DNA of 64,000 nucleotides from Penicillus capitatus. Lineage: Eukaryota; Plantae; Chlorophyta. This document shows positions 1 to 13,277 of the stretch, piece by piece; within the stretch, counting starts at the first letter, position 1; each line of letters starts with the position of its first letter. The notes below the pieces were generated by a model that was not told where the DNA came from, made no database searches, and saw only the letters and a program-made list of their open reading frames with translations. The stretch is from NCBI GenBank assembly GCA_965649825.1, contig OZ287698.1, forward strand, positions 387,949 through 451,948, in the 5' to 3' direction. The position numbers were made by a program, and so were the translations under genes.

Positions 1-2389
1 TCTTGTTGTCCAGCACCATCCACACTTGATAGTCTTCTGCCTTGCAGTTGTCCAGCTGAACGACCTCCCGAACGTCCAATGTGTAGACAATGCCAGACGG
101 ATAGGTCGTCTTCTTCTCCGCCGAGCATTGCGGATGTTGAGTCCGATCGCAGGCGAGGCCGTGAATGACAAAACGTGATCGCTGGCCATCCGGTTCGATC
201 CTGAACGACACCGTAGAGCGTTTGCCAAGAGAAGAGACGTCTTTTCATTTCTCTACCGGATTTTCTGAACGAGCATGGCTGCTTCAATGGTTATCGTATG
301 CCAGCAGCGGCCTTCATCGACCGAGATCTTCACTGCATCCGTCGGACCTGCGAGACGGTGACGTGCCATGACTAAGATACCACCAAAGTCGCCGTATTCA
401 AAAGTGTGCAACCCGACGGCCACGTCGCGCCACGTGACGCCGCCGTCGATCGAGAGCCATGTACAGACATCGCCATCCACAAGCCCATGCAATCCAACCA
501 TGCCGACACCCATTAACACGCCTGGAGCGCTGTCGTGTGAATAGACGACGGTTGCGGACGGCGATCCATCGCGACCCCAAACGGCTGATCCGTGGAGATT
601 GAGATAGCAATGATCACCCGGAACGCAACGATTGCATTCCGAATGCGTAAAGCGATCCGGTGCCGAGATCCGTTCCCACGTTACCCCGCCGTTGTACGTG
701 ACCTTCGTGATAAACGTCCCGCTGTCCGACACCTGACGGACGTGGCGCGATTCGAGTTCTTGATTGGCAACGTAAGCTCCGGGGAGTCCCCGAATGAGCT
801 CGAAGTCAACGACGCGTGTTACGGAGTCGTAACGAAGCCTCGGCAGCGTCTCGGTATAGATCGCTGCATGTGACGCCGAGGCATAGACAATGCTCGATCT
901 CTTGATGGCTTCGAATCCCGCCAACGCAGTGCGTTGCGTATGAAACACAATAACAAAGGCGCCATCTCCATCATGCGTCACCACCGTAGAATAGCCAGAT
1001 TGCTAAGGAACCTGCCGCTGGCGACGGTTAGGAAGATGGGCCAAACCTGCAGAGCGACTGGGACGCACGCTTCGTGGAATGTCTGGCCGGCGTCGGTACT
1101 GACGTGAAGTGTGACGCCTTTCAGCCAGTCCATCGATTCGGAGACAGATCTCTCTTTGCCGTAGATGTCGACAGGACAGGCGTTTGAGATGCCAAGGAGA
1201 ACGACGCCGGAGGTGATTTCGAACTGAACGCCGCAAGGAACGGTCTTCGTTTCGGGCGTCTGGAAAAAATCTTCCGATGCGACAAAGTGCACGTCCTTGT
1301 CCCAACCGACATACAAGCCTTTCATCTGATCTGCCTCTTTGTAAACGGTGGCCAGAACTAACATCTCCGACGGCAAACCATTCTAAAACACATGTCTATG
1401 TATCCGCTTTGAATCGCACGGCCTGATCGACTTTGCTTTTCGCGTTCCATCCCCAGTCAAAATCGACAAAGGCAACGATACCGTCCGCTGCCGCCGTTAG
1501 ATTTCGCCACAGCTGATCACCCCAGAGATCCTGACACGCATGCGTTGCGAGACAGCGGAGAGGGACGACTGCAGGCGACTGTGGTGAGGAAGAGATCTTT
1601 GGAGCAGTCAGGGGTGAAGACGAATTGCCTGTCGTCGCATGCGTCGCGTTCGACAAGGGCCAATGCCCATGCTTCACGCTTCGGGTGCATTTTGATCAGG
1701 TGATCGCTCCCCGTCGTTCTTCCCGGCGTCTCCACAGCTCGTACGGACGCGCCGCCATCTGTCGAAATCCAATGATAGTTGCCCGCGCCTTGGAAGAAGA
1801 GGCGTTCGCTGTCGTGTGCGCTAGCAAAGATCCGCACGACGCCGTAAATCGCTTGATCGTCTACACGTCTTTTCGGAAGTGCCTCTGCAAAAGAAAACCC
1901 AGGCTGGCGAGAGGTTTATGTGAGATCTGAGAATTACGGTTAAAAAAGAGTGACATATCTTCGAACGTCGCGCCTTTGTCTGTCGAGCGCCAGACGCGTC
2001 CACCGTCGATATCGAGTGGACCGAGCGTCAAGAGAAACACGTGCTGCGCAACAGACACCGCTATCGTGTGTACATGTCACAGAGGAGAACAACCGAATCG
2101 TCTTGCCTTGACCAGACAACGTCCAGAATCTCAGACTCCACCCGCGCGCTCTGAACAAAATACAGGACGAAGACAAAGATGGCATGCGAGGGCCCACTGT
2201 TGAAAGGGGCCTTCCGTCGTTGAGTGTGGCATTGCACGGCACCGCATCTCTTAGTCGTCGACGCCAGAGATGCTTTGTCGGCGTAAGGTCGTCGAGATCT
2301 GACGGATCGTTCGACGAATCGAGAGAACAGACAACGGCACTCGACAGAATCAGTCCAGAAAAGAGTAGACGGCACAGTCGCCACGGCAT
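1..2389 (-). CDS. VPS10-domain (sortilin-like) sorting receptor, multi-exon; 3' part lies outside the window
   Basis: Signal peptide (MPWRLCRLLFSGLILSSAVVC) and basic RRRLR site. Repeated BNR/Asp-box motifs: RSTDKGATF, ISTDGGASV, VSTDAGQTF, VTYNGGVTW, LSIDGGVTW, ISVDEGRCW. Also contains YLNLHG and FEYGDFGGILV motifs typical of Vps10 domains. Confidence 0.85.
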
Positions 2390-2549
2390 CCGACGTGCTA
2401 AAGGGAGAATACGTAGGCGCGGGTTTGATAAAGAAAGTCAGTCCGTTCGTCGTCCGTCATCATCATAAATCGCATCATACGCATTCAAGCGACACAATCC
2501 ATCGACGCACGATTGCGTAAGCGTTGGTTTCGGGCTTGGTTAAGTGGAA

Positions 2550-5500
2550 ATGCCTGAAAAGGGACGATTACGCGCCGCGTTTACTGCTTTTAAAGAAAAA
2601 GACTATGCGACAGCGGAACGCGAAGCGCAGGCGCATCTCGGGAACGACCCGCAGTCTTATGACGCTTATCTGTATGCTCCACACTGTAAATGCACCGCCT
2701 CAGCGAGGTACCGCTTTGTAGACTGCTGGGAAAATGCGCCTACCACCTCGAGAACACTGCAAAGGTGCTTTCCGCTTTTCTGCCACTGTCCGTGTCAAAT
2801 TTGCTCTGTTCCAAGGCGGAGCAGTATTACCGCAAAGCGACGACGCTCAAACCGATCGAACTTCCCGGATGGCAGGGACTGGCGGAAATTTACGAAAACG
2901 CCACGACAGAAACAGAGAAGGCAGTGGCACCTCTAAAGCAAATCGTCAGTATCCCTCTCGCCTGACGACGGGGGTCTATTAATGGTATGTCTGCCCAGAT
3001 CGGTCTTCTGGAGGCTACAAGCGACACGCATGCCTCGCAAGGCGACTTGCGTTTGCTTCAGTACCAGTCACGTCTTGCCGATGTCCTCCGTCGACTGGAA
3101 CGTGTGGCCGAAGCAGAGGAGGTGATCAAAGACGCGCTATCGCATCTGGATGCCAAACATCCACAGAGATTGAAGTTCTTGTGTCTCTTGGCGGATCTGC
3201 AGTTAATCAACTACGAGACGGCCATCCAGAAACGGCTCGCTGCGGCACGCGAATCCCTCTCTTGCTCGATCGAGAACATAGAAGAGTGTCAAGACGATGC
3301 CCTGTTGAACAGAGTGACAGCAGAGTACGCGGAAGAGGCGTTGGAAGCGGATCATGAAGTGGGAGGAACCTTGGGGGAAATCGTCCTTGCATCGCCACCC
3401 TGTGGATCCTACAGGAAATACCACGACTTCTATCTCCAGATCTTTTGCAAGGCGATGTATACGACGCCCGCCAGCAGCACGGATCGATACAATCTGCGTC
3501 TCCAGACGCTCGAACGGTGCTACAAAACGATTCATAGACACGACGGAGAGGCCCAAGGTATGGCCACGCCTATCGGTCGTGCTATGTTTCACTGAAACGG
3601 AGTTAGGTCTGTGTACGACACCTTTTCCATACACGACAGCGCTGCGTTTGCTTGAGATCAATGAAGAGATTGCCAGCAGCAGCCAGCGTCCCGCTCTGAC
3701 GCCTGTAAGTCAGTATCGATCGTGTGCTGTTTGTCTTGATGGGCCTGTCTGTCCTGACAGTTGCTGAATCAAGGAACGAAATCTGCAAAAGAACGTATGG
3801 TACCCAATATGTTTAAGAAGAGTGAATCTTCCCCGACGCTCAACGAAATGCATGCCTCTCCGCACTCGACGGGAAGCTACGGGACGCCCAAGAAGATGTC
3901 GTCGTTTGCTGGCAAGTCTATCAAGATCAAGCTCACAGGTGGACTGGGAGGATTCGAGGGAAAGGGTCCAAGAGAGTCGACGGTTAGCCGCCGTCCCTCA
4001 CTGGAAAGAAGACGATCGATGGATGGCCGTCATTCATCTTTCCGTTTAGGATTCCATACACCAACCTCCGTGCTGAACAGTCCGATGATGGGACGTGCGT
4101 TTGAGGATGCCCCTGTCGATATGCCATCGGCCTTGGAAGCATCAGAGTCCGCCCTGCCCAAGTTCATGAGATCCAATTCGCTCAGCTGTGTCCGTTATCT
4201 GCATCGATTGGATTCTGGATTCTTAGAAAAGCCGGCGCAGATCATCGGCGGCAATTCTCCATTGGTGACGGAGGTGTCTGAAACTGTCGGGCGAAAACTG
4301 TCCAGGATTCTTCCGTGGCATCCAGAGAGCAGAATCCAAATGGTCCTGGCCATCAGAAGAAAGGAGAAATTTCCACGAAGCATCGAAACAGATCGTATTG
4401 ATGTACGGCACGCAAGTCACATCACAGTCATGGCAACCCTGTATGCGTGTGCAGGAGACGCCTGTGACAGATCTCGATGAGATGCCTACGACGGTCGTGT
4501 CGCATGTGCATCGAGCCAAGAAGCATATTCAGATACTGGAGTGTGGGATTGCGTCAGGCAGCCGCACATTTGTGGCTCGCATCGCGTTGGTCGATCTATT
4601 GTTACAGGAGAAACAGTACGAGCATGCACTGGACTCCTGCCGCACTGCTATTCAATGTATTGAGGCACATGCCAAAGAGGGAGGTTATCCACGCACACAG
4701 GCGCGCCTGACATTCAAGCTTCAAGAAGCGGCAGCTCTGCTGAGACTGAACAGATTGGAAGAGGCACACGATCGATACAAGACACTGGCAGACAGCGTCT
4801 CTGAAGGCGTCACCTCGTTTGGTGATCTGGCAGGCTGTCAACACGTCTCTGTACGTCAGGCTGCCTTGAAAGGCCTTGTCAACGTTGCGCTTGCTCAAGG
4901 CAACAGGCAACTGGATTCCGTCCTCTTCGCTTGCTCTTATCGTGTGTCATAGGTATGGGGCACTAAGGTTGTATGAACAGATGATGGGTGCCGGGGTGAT
5001 GGGAAAGAGTCCGATTGAACACTGGGTTGCTGCAGAGTATGGAACGATGCTCTACGAAGATGGTGATACGGTTCGTGCTAAACAGTATCTCGAAAAAGCA
5101 CTCGAGGTTTTATCAAAGCTCCCCGTCGGTGCATCGCCGGCATCGACGGAGGCGGCATACCATCTCACACTGGGGAAGATCTATTGGGCTTTGGATGGAA
5201 AATGGAGAAAGGAACCAGCATTTGCCTACGGGCAGTTGTCAGAGGCCGCCTCTGTCGAAGGACCGCATCAGGCAGAAGCGTATGCACTGTTGGGAAAGTA
5301 CGCGGCTGAAGTTGAAGAAGACAAAGAAAAGGCCAAGCTGTACTGCGAGAAATCTCTTGAACTGAATCCGCACCAGGTAAAGAGCAGCACAGACAATACT
5401 TCGAAGCAGTTCGTCGCCTTCTAGGTTCTTTGACCGTGATTCGGTTCTTTTGTACACCCATATCCATTTGACAATGGAGAGATTTTCGGCCTTTTCGTGT

Positions 5501-8500
5501 GCTGAGATCTCATTTGTTTTCATTCCTGTGAACAGTCATTTTGAGTATTGTTCATACTCTATCGGAAACAAAACACTGTAAAGCCAATCATTCGTGTGCG
5601 ATCATCGCTGTGTTTAACAGGAGGCTGTGGGATGGGCACTCGTTGCGTTGATACCGTCCGAGAGCATCGCCGTGCGAAGGCAGCATCTCACAAGGTATGC
5701 AGAGAACGGTGCGACGTGGTCTTTGCAGTCTCTTGGCGATTTAAATCTCGAAGAAGGAAACTGCCAGATGGCCATTCAGGCATTTCAGAGAGTGCTTAAG
5801 AAGAAGCCAGACGATGCTGGTCTTTGGGAGAGATTAGGCATCGCACATATGAAGATGCAGCGAATGTCCAGTGCACAGAAAGTGAGGGTCAGAATGTGTC
5901 TGCCGGTTCCCTGGGTCATGTGTTTAGTCTTTTGCTCGATGCTTGCAACTGGATCCCAAGAGACTGTATGCATGGATGCAGTCCGGTGCCTGTTGGGTGG
6001 ACATGAAGGAGTATGAGAAGGGCAGATCGATGTACGAAAGGGCTGTTCAACTCGATCCGGAATCGCCCGTCGCGGTAGCAGGACTGGCATCGTGCCTCCT
6101 TGCACTGTCCAAGCAATATTGTGAGAGAGAAGCTTATGGCGTTGCTGTGAGGGAAGTCGCTCACGGCCTGCAGCTTGTGCAAGATTTCCCTCGAAAGCAC
6201 CTGCAACCGAAGGTCATACCTTTTTTCAGTAGTGTGGACAAAAGGTGTTTCTGCAGATCTTTTACAAGTTGCTGGGAGATCTCGAGCTTCAACGAAGCAA
6301 CCAGGTCATACCTGAACTCATGGCTGTTATAAATACGGCCAGCAATACATCCATGCTCTTATCCGCTGTTCAAGAAGAGCACAAGAGCCGTCAGCGATCT
6401 TTGCACAGGGCAGTAGAGTGGTATGGGAAACTGCTCAGATGGTCACCCGCTTGTGGAATGGCGTGGGGAGACTACGCGATGGCACTGGCACTGACGCCCG
6501 ATGCCAAGAAAGCAGAGGGTATAAATGCCGAAGACCTCGCCTGCCGAGCCCTATCACTGATGCCGAACGCTGCCGAGCTGTGGCTTCTGCTGGGCAAACA
6601 CGCATCGACTTCAAAGGTGCAAGAGTATGCACTGAATCGCGCATTGCAGCTGAATGCACGATTTACGGAAGCTTGGATCGCATTGGCGTATCTTTTTCAT
6701 GAACACAACAAAGGAGACATGGCTCGCGAAGCCCTAACACAGGCTCGCATGTGCGATGCCTCTTCGCCGCAAGTGTGGGCAGGTTTGTCGTCCGAGCTGG
6801 TCAGCTGTGTCATCCTCTCTCTTGTGTGCGACCGTAGGGATGGGTGCGATGGAAACGGAGCCAAACACAGCAGCCGCTTACTTTGCTCATGCCCTACAGA
6901 TGGGTAGCTGCATGGAAGCATGTGTGGGGATTGTTGCTCTGGTGAATCGATATGGTACCGGTATCGTTCGGGAGATGAAGAGTTGTGCCGACAATGCGGT
7001 TCGTCGATGCACGACGATATATCCCATGCAGCCGACGGCATGGAATGCACATGGACTACTCTTGGAAGACAGGGCCAATTTCCCGAAAGCGATTTTCGCG
7101 TTTCAGACAGCACTGTCCTTGCTGCAGCAATCGCGAGAGACATCGACACCCATCACACTCGACCGACTTCGACAAAACCTCGGAAGAGCTGCATGGAAAG
7201 CACATCAATACGAACTCAGCATCCAGTGCTTCGAATCCGTATCCGATCTCGATGTAGCCACCCGTTTCGCCTACTCAGATGCTCTCATAGAGGTGCCTGC
7301 CACTTTGCAACGTGCATGAGTAAGACACCAGTGCTGTGAGGTAGACAGATCGAGAAACTGAAGCAGAGCGTCATCTGAAGAAGATCATCGAGACAGAAGA
7401 TGACGTTGAAGTGGGATTTGAGGCGATCAAGAAACAGACAGGATTGTTGATGAAGAAGAGAGAATACCGAAAAGCTTTCGATGGACTGGCCCACTTCAGC
7501 GAAACCTATCTACAGTCCACGACACATCTGGCAGCGCAAAGCCTCTTGCAATTGTGGACACGCCTGTACTATCAAAGCAAGGACGCTGGTGTATGTCCTG
7601 TCGGTGACAGGCCTTTGGATTTTAGGCCTTTTTTCGCAGAGCGGCGACGGGCAGCTGCTCGGTGCCATCTCGAGTGAAATTGAAAAGATGGCAACATCTA
7701 AGAGTCTCTTTGCGACAGCCAAGAGCGCCCTGCACTTCTGTGGTTATGTCAAGAGCTGCTCGATAAAGGATGTGACAGGCGGCAATTATGCTCTGAGCAA
7801 GGCGTTGCATCTTCAGCCATGGAACATGCATTTTCATTGGTCTTTTCTCAAGAATTCTCTTCCGGGAGGGGGAAGGGAATTCCTCGCGCAGTTTGACGAA
7901 CCGACGACAGACGTGAATGCAGTTCATGGTGTGCCTGGCGTCTCTACCCTCTCTGGCCCTTTAGAAGATGTGGGGATGGAGTGGGTATCGACACTGAGCT
8001 TGATTCGCAATGCCGAAATGCTCGATCAGTTAGAAGGCGAGATCAGCGATAAGATCACAAGGGTGAAAAGACATCTGCGCCTCCATCCACAATCATTTAT
8101 CGGCTGGTTTCTGTTCTCACTGCTGAGCTCAAAATCGTCGACTCCGGATTCAAGATCGCTAAAAACTGGCATCGCAGCTTACAAGCTGCTGAGAGACTCG
8201 ATACAGGCACAATTCCTCATCCCTGTGGCAATTCCATGACCAGATCGTCTGTGTAGGATAACGTCTGCACAGAAACGGAGCTTGGAGTTCTTTTGTTTAT
8301 GGATCACGAACTGGCACAGATCGAAGCATTAAAGGAGGGATAGGCTATCAGAAACACGTGCTGGGTTTGACAAGACCTCTGTCAACAATACTCGCCTCTC
8401 TCTTGTGAAGAATTCGCAAGGAATCTCTCGAAGGTTTTCGTCATTTTCTATGGCCAAGTTTGGTTTGGGGCATCATCGAAGCATGTGTTTGTACAGACAG

Positions 8501-8571
8501 AGATCCTTCTGATCGTCAGAGCTGCATCGTGGATGAACAAAATTCCAATGTTTCTTAAGGCGCTCGGTTAG
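2550..8571 (+). CDS. SKI3: SKI3/TTC37-like TPR protein (SKI complex), many short introns; 3' end uncertain (8240-8571)
   Basis: N-terminal YYRKATTLKPIELPGWQGLAEIYE and a long TPR array (e.g. AIQAFQRVLKKKPDDAGLWERLG, ALNRALQLNARFTEAWIALA). Exon frames join across GT-AG introns. Confidence 0.8.
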
Positions 8572-9736
8572 TCCTTCAGATAGAGCAATGCGTGTTCCGC
8601 GGAAATGGTTCGAAAAATGTATTCAGAATTCAGTCAAAGCGTACATTCGAGCCACTCTTGGATAGATAGCTGATCCGTGCGACAGGAAACTTGGCAGCAA
8701 CGCATCAAATCGAACTGCCGATGCTCCGCACAGGTTGGAATAATCGTGTGCGAACGTGATGTGACGAACTTACTGTTGTTACAGAGGTTTTCGTAAACGT
8801 CAGGTTCATCGTCCAAAATCGCAACACGTTTGGACTACCACACCCATGTTGTAGTAGAAGTGATAGGGATCTGATGGTGCTAAGAACTTGTTAAATCAAA
8901 GGATTTTATCGCATCTTCAACGATCCGACTCTCGCACAGCGAGAACAGGAAACGAAAAAGCTTTTGTAGTCCTTGGAGCAAGGTTTCGTCTGGCTCATGT
9001 GTCCATTTCATACACTGCTGTTCGGAACCATTATTTACCAGGTGTGGCCAAAGAATAAACGCTATGGTAAGCCTCTATAGCGTCAAATCCCAAAATGAAC
9101 AGGCTTTCGCCTATTTCTTATCCGCACGGACTCCGGGGCCGATTGCTTCGTCGCTCTTCTTGGCGAGCAGGCTCTTGCTTTACGATGTCCGAGACGTTCG
9201 CCCTTGTTTTTTTTCAATGCACAGTGTCTGTTGTTTGCATATTGGACATTACTAAAGTGCTTCTGTATTTCTATGTTAAGTCGGACAGCGAATGCTACGG
9301 CAGAACAAACAAGGAAGCTATAGAAGCAACGACGACTTCCGTTCTCGACAATTGTCCATTACCAGAAACATGACGTCAACCAAGAATCTCATAGCGAGAG
9401 TGTTGCCGAAAAAAGCGAAAACGGACTGCAGTTTAGGGCATTTCCACGTATAACATGCCGTTTCTTCGTTCTAACAGAGCTTGCATGAACCAAGTTTCTC
9501 ACACGAAACCGCGTCTGTTCTAAAGCAACGTTTTCTTCTCTGTAACGCAATAGCACATTAACATGATAGCTTCCTGTCGTGTGTATCATCTCAAGGAGTT
9601 CACAGGATGGTTCGTGTTGGTCATGTGAGTCGTGACTATATAACCGGCATTCTTGTGCACATAAGTCTTCAGATTGCGCTGTATTCCACCGAGACAGCAG
9701 TTTGTGCTTCGCCATCGTCAAAGACGACAGTTCGCA

Positions 9737-12700
9737 ATGGCACCCGTAGGTTTCTTGTTTCGCACATGTAGCCTCGACGAGATAGGTCTTTCGTCAGGCT
9801 GTTGTTACTTCTCTTAAAACGCAAGTCAACGCAGTTGTTCGCAAGAACGCTGTCTATCAAAAAAGACGCAGCTGCTTGAATTGCTGCATCATTATCACGC
9901 CGATTGTCTTCATTGCCCTTCTTTACGCTCTCAAACGGGTTATAGATGACTCTTTAGAGCACCGCGACAACAGAGTAAGCCTCTTAAACGTGCCCCAAAA
10001 AGTGTGAGCAGAAGTGTGAGAACGATGCCATGTAGTGTGGATGTATGTGCGTTCTCTGCTGTACTAGAAAGGGAGATGACGGTCAATGCCGCAAGGCTGA
10101 CGCGTCCTCGCAGTGTGACGAAGCGAAAGAAAAATGCCGTCGTTATAACGACGATGAATGTGGTATTCAGTATTCCAAGTCGGATCAGATCTCTTTCTGC
10201 GAAGTCGAGGATCCCGTTGTTTGGCCTCTCTCCATCACAATCCCAAAAGAATCGGAGCGCGCACGTGCGTGGGCTCCAAATGTGGTTTTCTTCATCTATG
10301 CCGACGACAAGAGCGTGGAACGGAGCATGCAGTCTCATCTGGTACACGATCTGTTCGTCGGAAGGGCCAATACTGCACGTGAAGTAAGACGCCTTCGATT
10401 TATGCCTCTCTTGATATCTGTGGCAGGGGACAGAGGCAGAAGAGACAGGGGAGCTTCTGGGATCGTCAGGAGTCATTTTCGGCACTAGTCGAGAGACGAC
10501 GACAATGAATTACATCGATGAAATATACACTCGATCCGGACTAGCGATCATAGCAGGTAAGGCACAGTTCTTCTCAATTAAGGCAAAATCACAAGTCCTT
10601 TTTAGATAACTGTTCAGAAGGAGAGGTCCAGAGAGCGATGGATCTGGTCAATGAAGAAGTGCCAAACCTCGTTTCCAGTTTCTCAAGAGTCATTGAAGAG
10701 GGCGAAATCGAAGGTCATCTACACATTGCCATGCTTTGCTTCAAAGTGTGAGCAGATTCGGTGTCCTGTACACAAGTGGAATGGTTATCGAGGACGCCCA
10801 GCGAGATCGATCGCTTTCTCTATTGCAGCTGGGAAGATGCAAAATGCAACGCCACTGAGGAAGAGCAGAAAGTAGAAACGGAAGTCCAGAGCTCCGAGGG
10901 CGAAGACAAATTTGGCCAAGCCTTCGACTTTAAATCAACCAACCAGCGGTCACTTGATGTGGACTTCTGGATTGCCGACTCGGGTTTGGAAGGCGGTGGT
11001 GGCAAGTGGCGAATTTCGGCGGTGATGAACATGATATCGGATGCCTGGATGAAATACGCTCTGAACAGCAATGATTACCGCAGTTACCTGCTGGGCACAC
11101 AACAAACTCCAAAGGTCGCCACAGAACTGAATCTAGACTTTGCCAGCCTCGTGGCCGTTCTGTTCACAACGTGGGTCATTCAGTTGCTGCTGCCACTCAT
11201 GCTGGTGCAGGTGGTCTATGAAAAAGAGCAGAATCTGCTCATCATGATGAAGATGCATGGCCTAAGAAGCACAGCCTACTGGACAGTCAACTACCTCTAC
11301 TTCCTGATTCTCTACGTGCTGTATATGTTTGTTTTCATCGTCAGTGGAGCTGTGGCAGACCTCGCCATTTTCAGCCGGAACAGCGCTAGTAATACATTCC
11401 ACTTTGTCGTCTCAGTGTGGATGGGTGTGCATTCTAGGTGTGCTGATTATGTTTCTTTTCTTGTTTGGCAATACGCAAATTGCCTTTACCTTTGCCATCA
11501 GCAACATCTTCCGATCAAACAGGGGATGTGTGGTTTTCTCATTTCTCTGGATATTTGGATCCGGATTCATCGGGATCTTTATGCTCAACTCCCTTATTCC
11601 CAACGATGCTACTTACACGTACTTTATCGAGCTAATACCACCCCTTGCAGCGTACAGGTTCATCGCGCATTATACTTTACCGTCGAAAATGCGGGCCTAT
11701 TTAGAGGATTATATGAGCTTGGAGAGTACGGATTCCTTGCAACCTACGCCAACACGGCCGGTATATCTTGGTCAGCGTTGAATGATGACAATAACCACAT
11801 GGGATACATCTTGTTGGTGCTGTGCTTCGAATGTGTATTTTTCTTAATGTTGTCTTGGTATCTTGAACAGGCAAGTACAAACATCCTTGGTTATCTTCAA
11901 TGCAGGATCTGATTGCTAGGTCTCAACTACTGGACCAGGAGTGAGTCGCCATCCTTTGTTCTTCCTGAGGCGCATCCACAAGCCAAAGAAACGTCAATCT
12001 TCCAAGCGAATGTCCAGCAAAGAGTTTGAGATGGCGAAAAAGGGTGAAGGAGAGCCAGGATCTTCTACGGTGCCTCCTGTTGGCGACAGCAGCATCCACA
12101 GCATCGAAATCGTGGACGAGACGGAAGAGGTCGCGGCTGAGCGCCAGCGCGTTGAGAACATGACTGAAGAGGATGCCGCGCAACACTCCATCATCCTGCG
12201 AGACCTGAGGAAGGTGTTTCCGGCAGCGGAGGGCGTCCCGGAGAAGGTGGCCGTCCGAGGCCTGAGCCTCGCCGTGGAGAGGGGAGAGGTCTTCGGACTG
12301 CTGGGGCCCAACGGAGCAGGAAAGACGACCACGATCAACATGCTGATCGGATTCCTCGGCGCCACGTCCGGGGAGGCGCACATCGAGGGCCTGGACATTG
12401 CCCAGGACATGAAGACCCTCTACACGCAGATGGGCGTCTGTCCGCAGCACGACCTGCTGTGGGAGACGCTGACGGGATTCGAACACATGCTGTTCTACGG
12501 AAGGCTGAAGGGTCTGAAGAACTCGGAGCTGAAGCGCGCGGCGGAGGACGCCCTCAAGGCCGTCAACCTCTTCCACGGAGGCGTGTCGAAGCTGCAGGTC
12601 AAGAAGTTCAGCGGCGGCATGAAGCGCCGCCTCTCCGTCGCCATCTCCTTCATCGGCAGTCCCAGAGTGGTCTACCTGGATGAGCCCAGCACCGGACTGG

Positions 12701-13167
12701 ATCCTGCGTCGCGCCGCAACCTGTGGAAGGTCGTCAAGCAGGCCAAGCAGGACAAGGCGATCATCCTGACGACGCACAACATGGAGGAGGCGGAGGTGCT
12801 GTGCGATCGACTTGGCATCTTCGTGGACGGGAGGCTCGAGGTGATCGGCAATCCCAAGTCCCTGACGCAGCGCTACGGAGGCTACCTCGTCTTCACGCTC
12901 ATCACGGCACCGGCCGCCGTCGAACGGGCTGCCGCCCTCGTCAAGGAACGCTTTCCGAACGCCGTCGAGTCCTACCGGCTGTCCGGCACGCTGAAGTTCG
13001 AGCTTCCGTCCAACAGCGTGACGCCATCCCAGGTCTTCCAGTTCATGGAGGCGTCGCGCAGCAGAATCGAGGCCCAGGACTGGGGCGTGGCCACTGTCAC
13101 TCTCGAGGAGGTCTTCATCAAGATCGCCAAGCGGGCCGGCGCCAAGACCTCCGAGCTTCCCGCATGA
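9737..13167 (+). CDS. ABCA-family half transporter, paralogue 1 (plant ABCA2/7-like)
   Basis: VRKNAVYQKRR N-terminus; VYEKEQNLLIMMKMHGL; NBD with GPNGAGKTT, FSGGMKRRLSVA, VVYLDEPSTGLDP and TTHNMEEAE; C-terminal TLEEVFIKIA. Confidence 0.93.
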
Positions 13168-13277
13168 AACTGTCACTCAAATAACTGTTGCATTGTCCAT
13201 GAAACATTTGAAGCGCACGCGTTTCATTAATCCGACGATCGAATCTTTCTCCTTCTTGCGGCCTTCCTGCGAACGCG

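Noticed and set aside
11923-13176. Long antisense ORFs over ABCA, U1A and LYR (417, 514, 243, 255 aa and others)
   Set aside because: Shadow ORFs caused by high GC3 codon bias on the sense strand; no recognisable domains.
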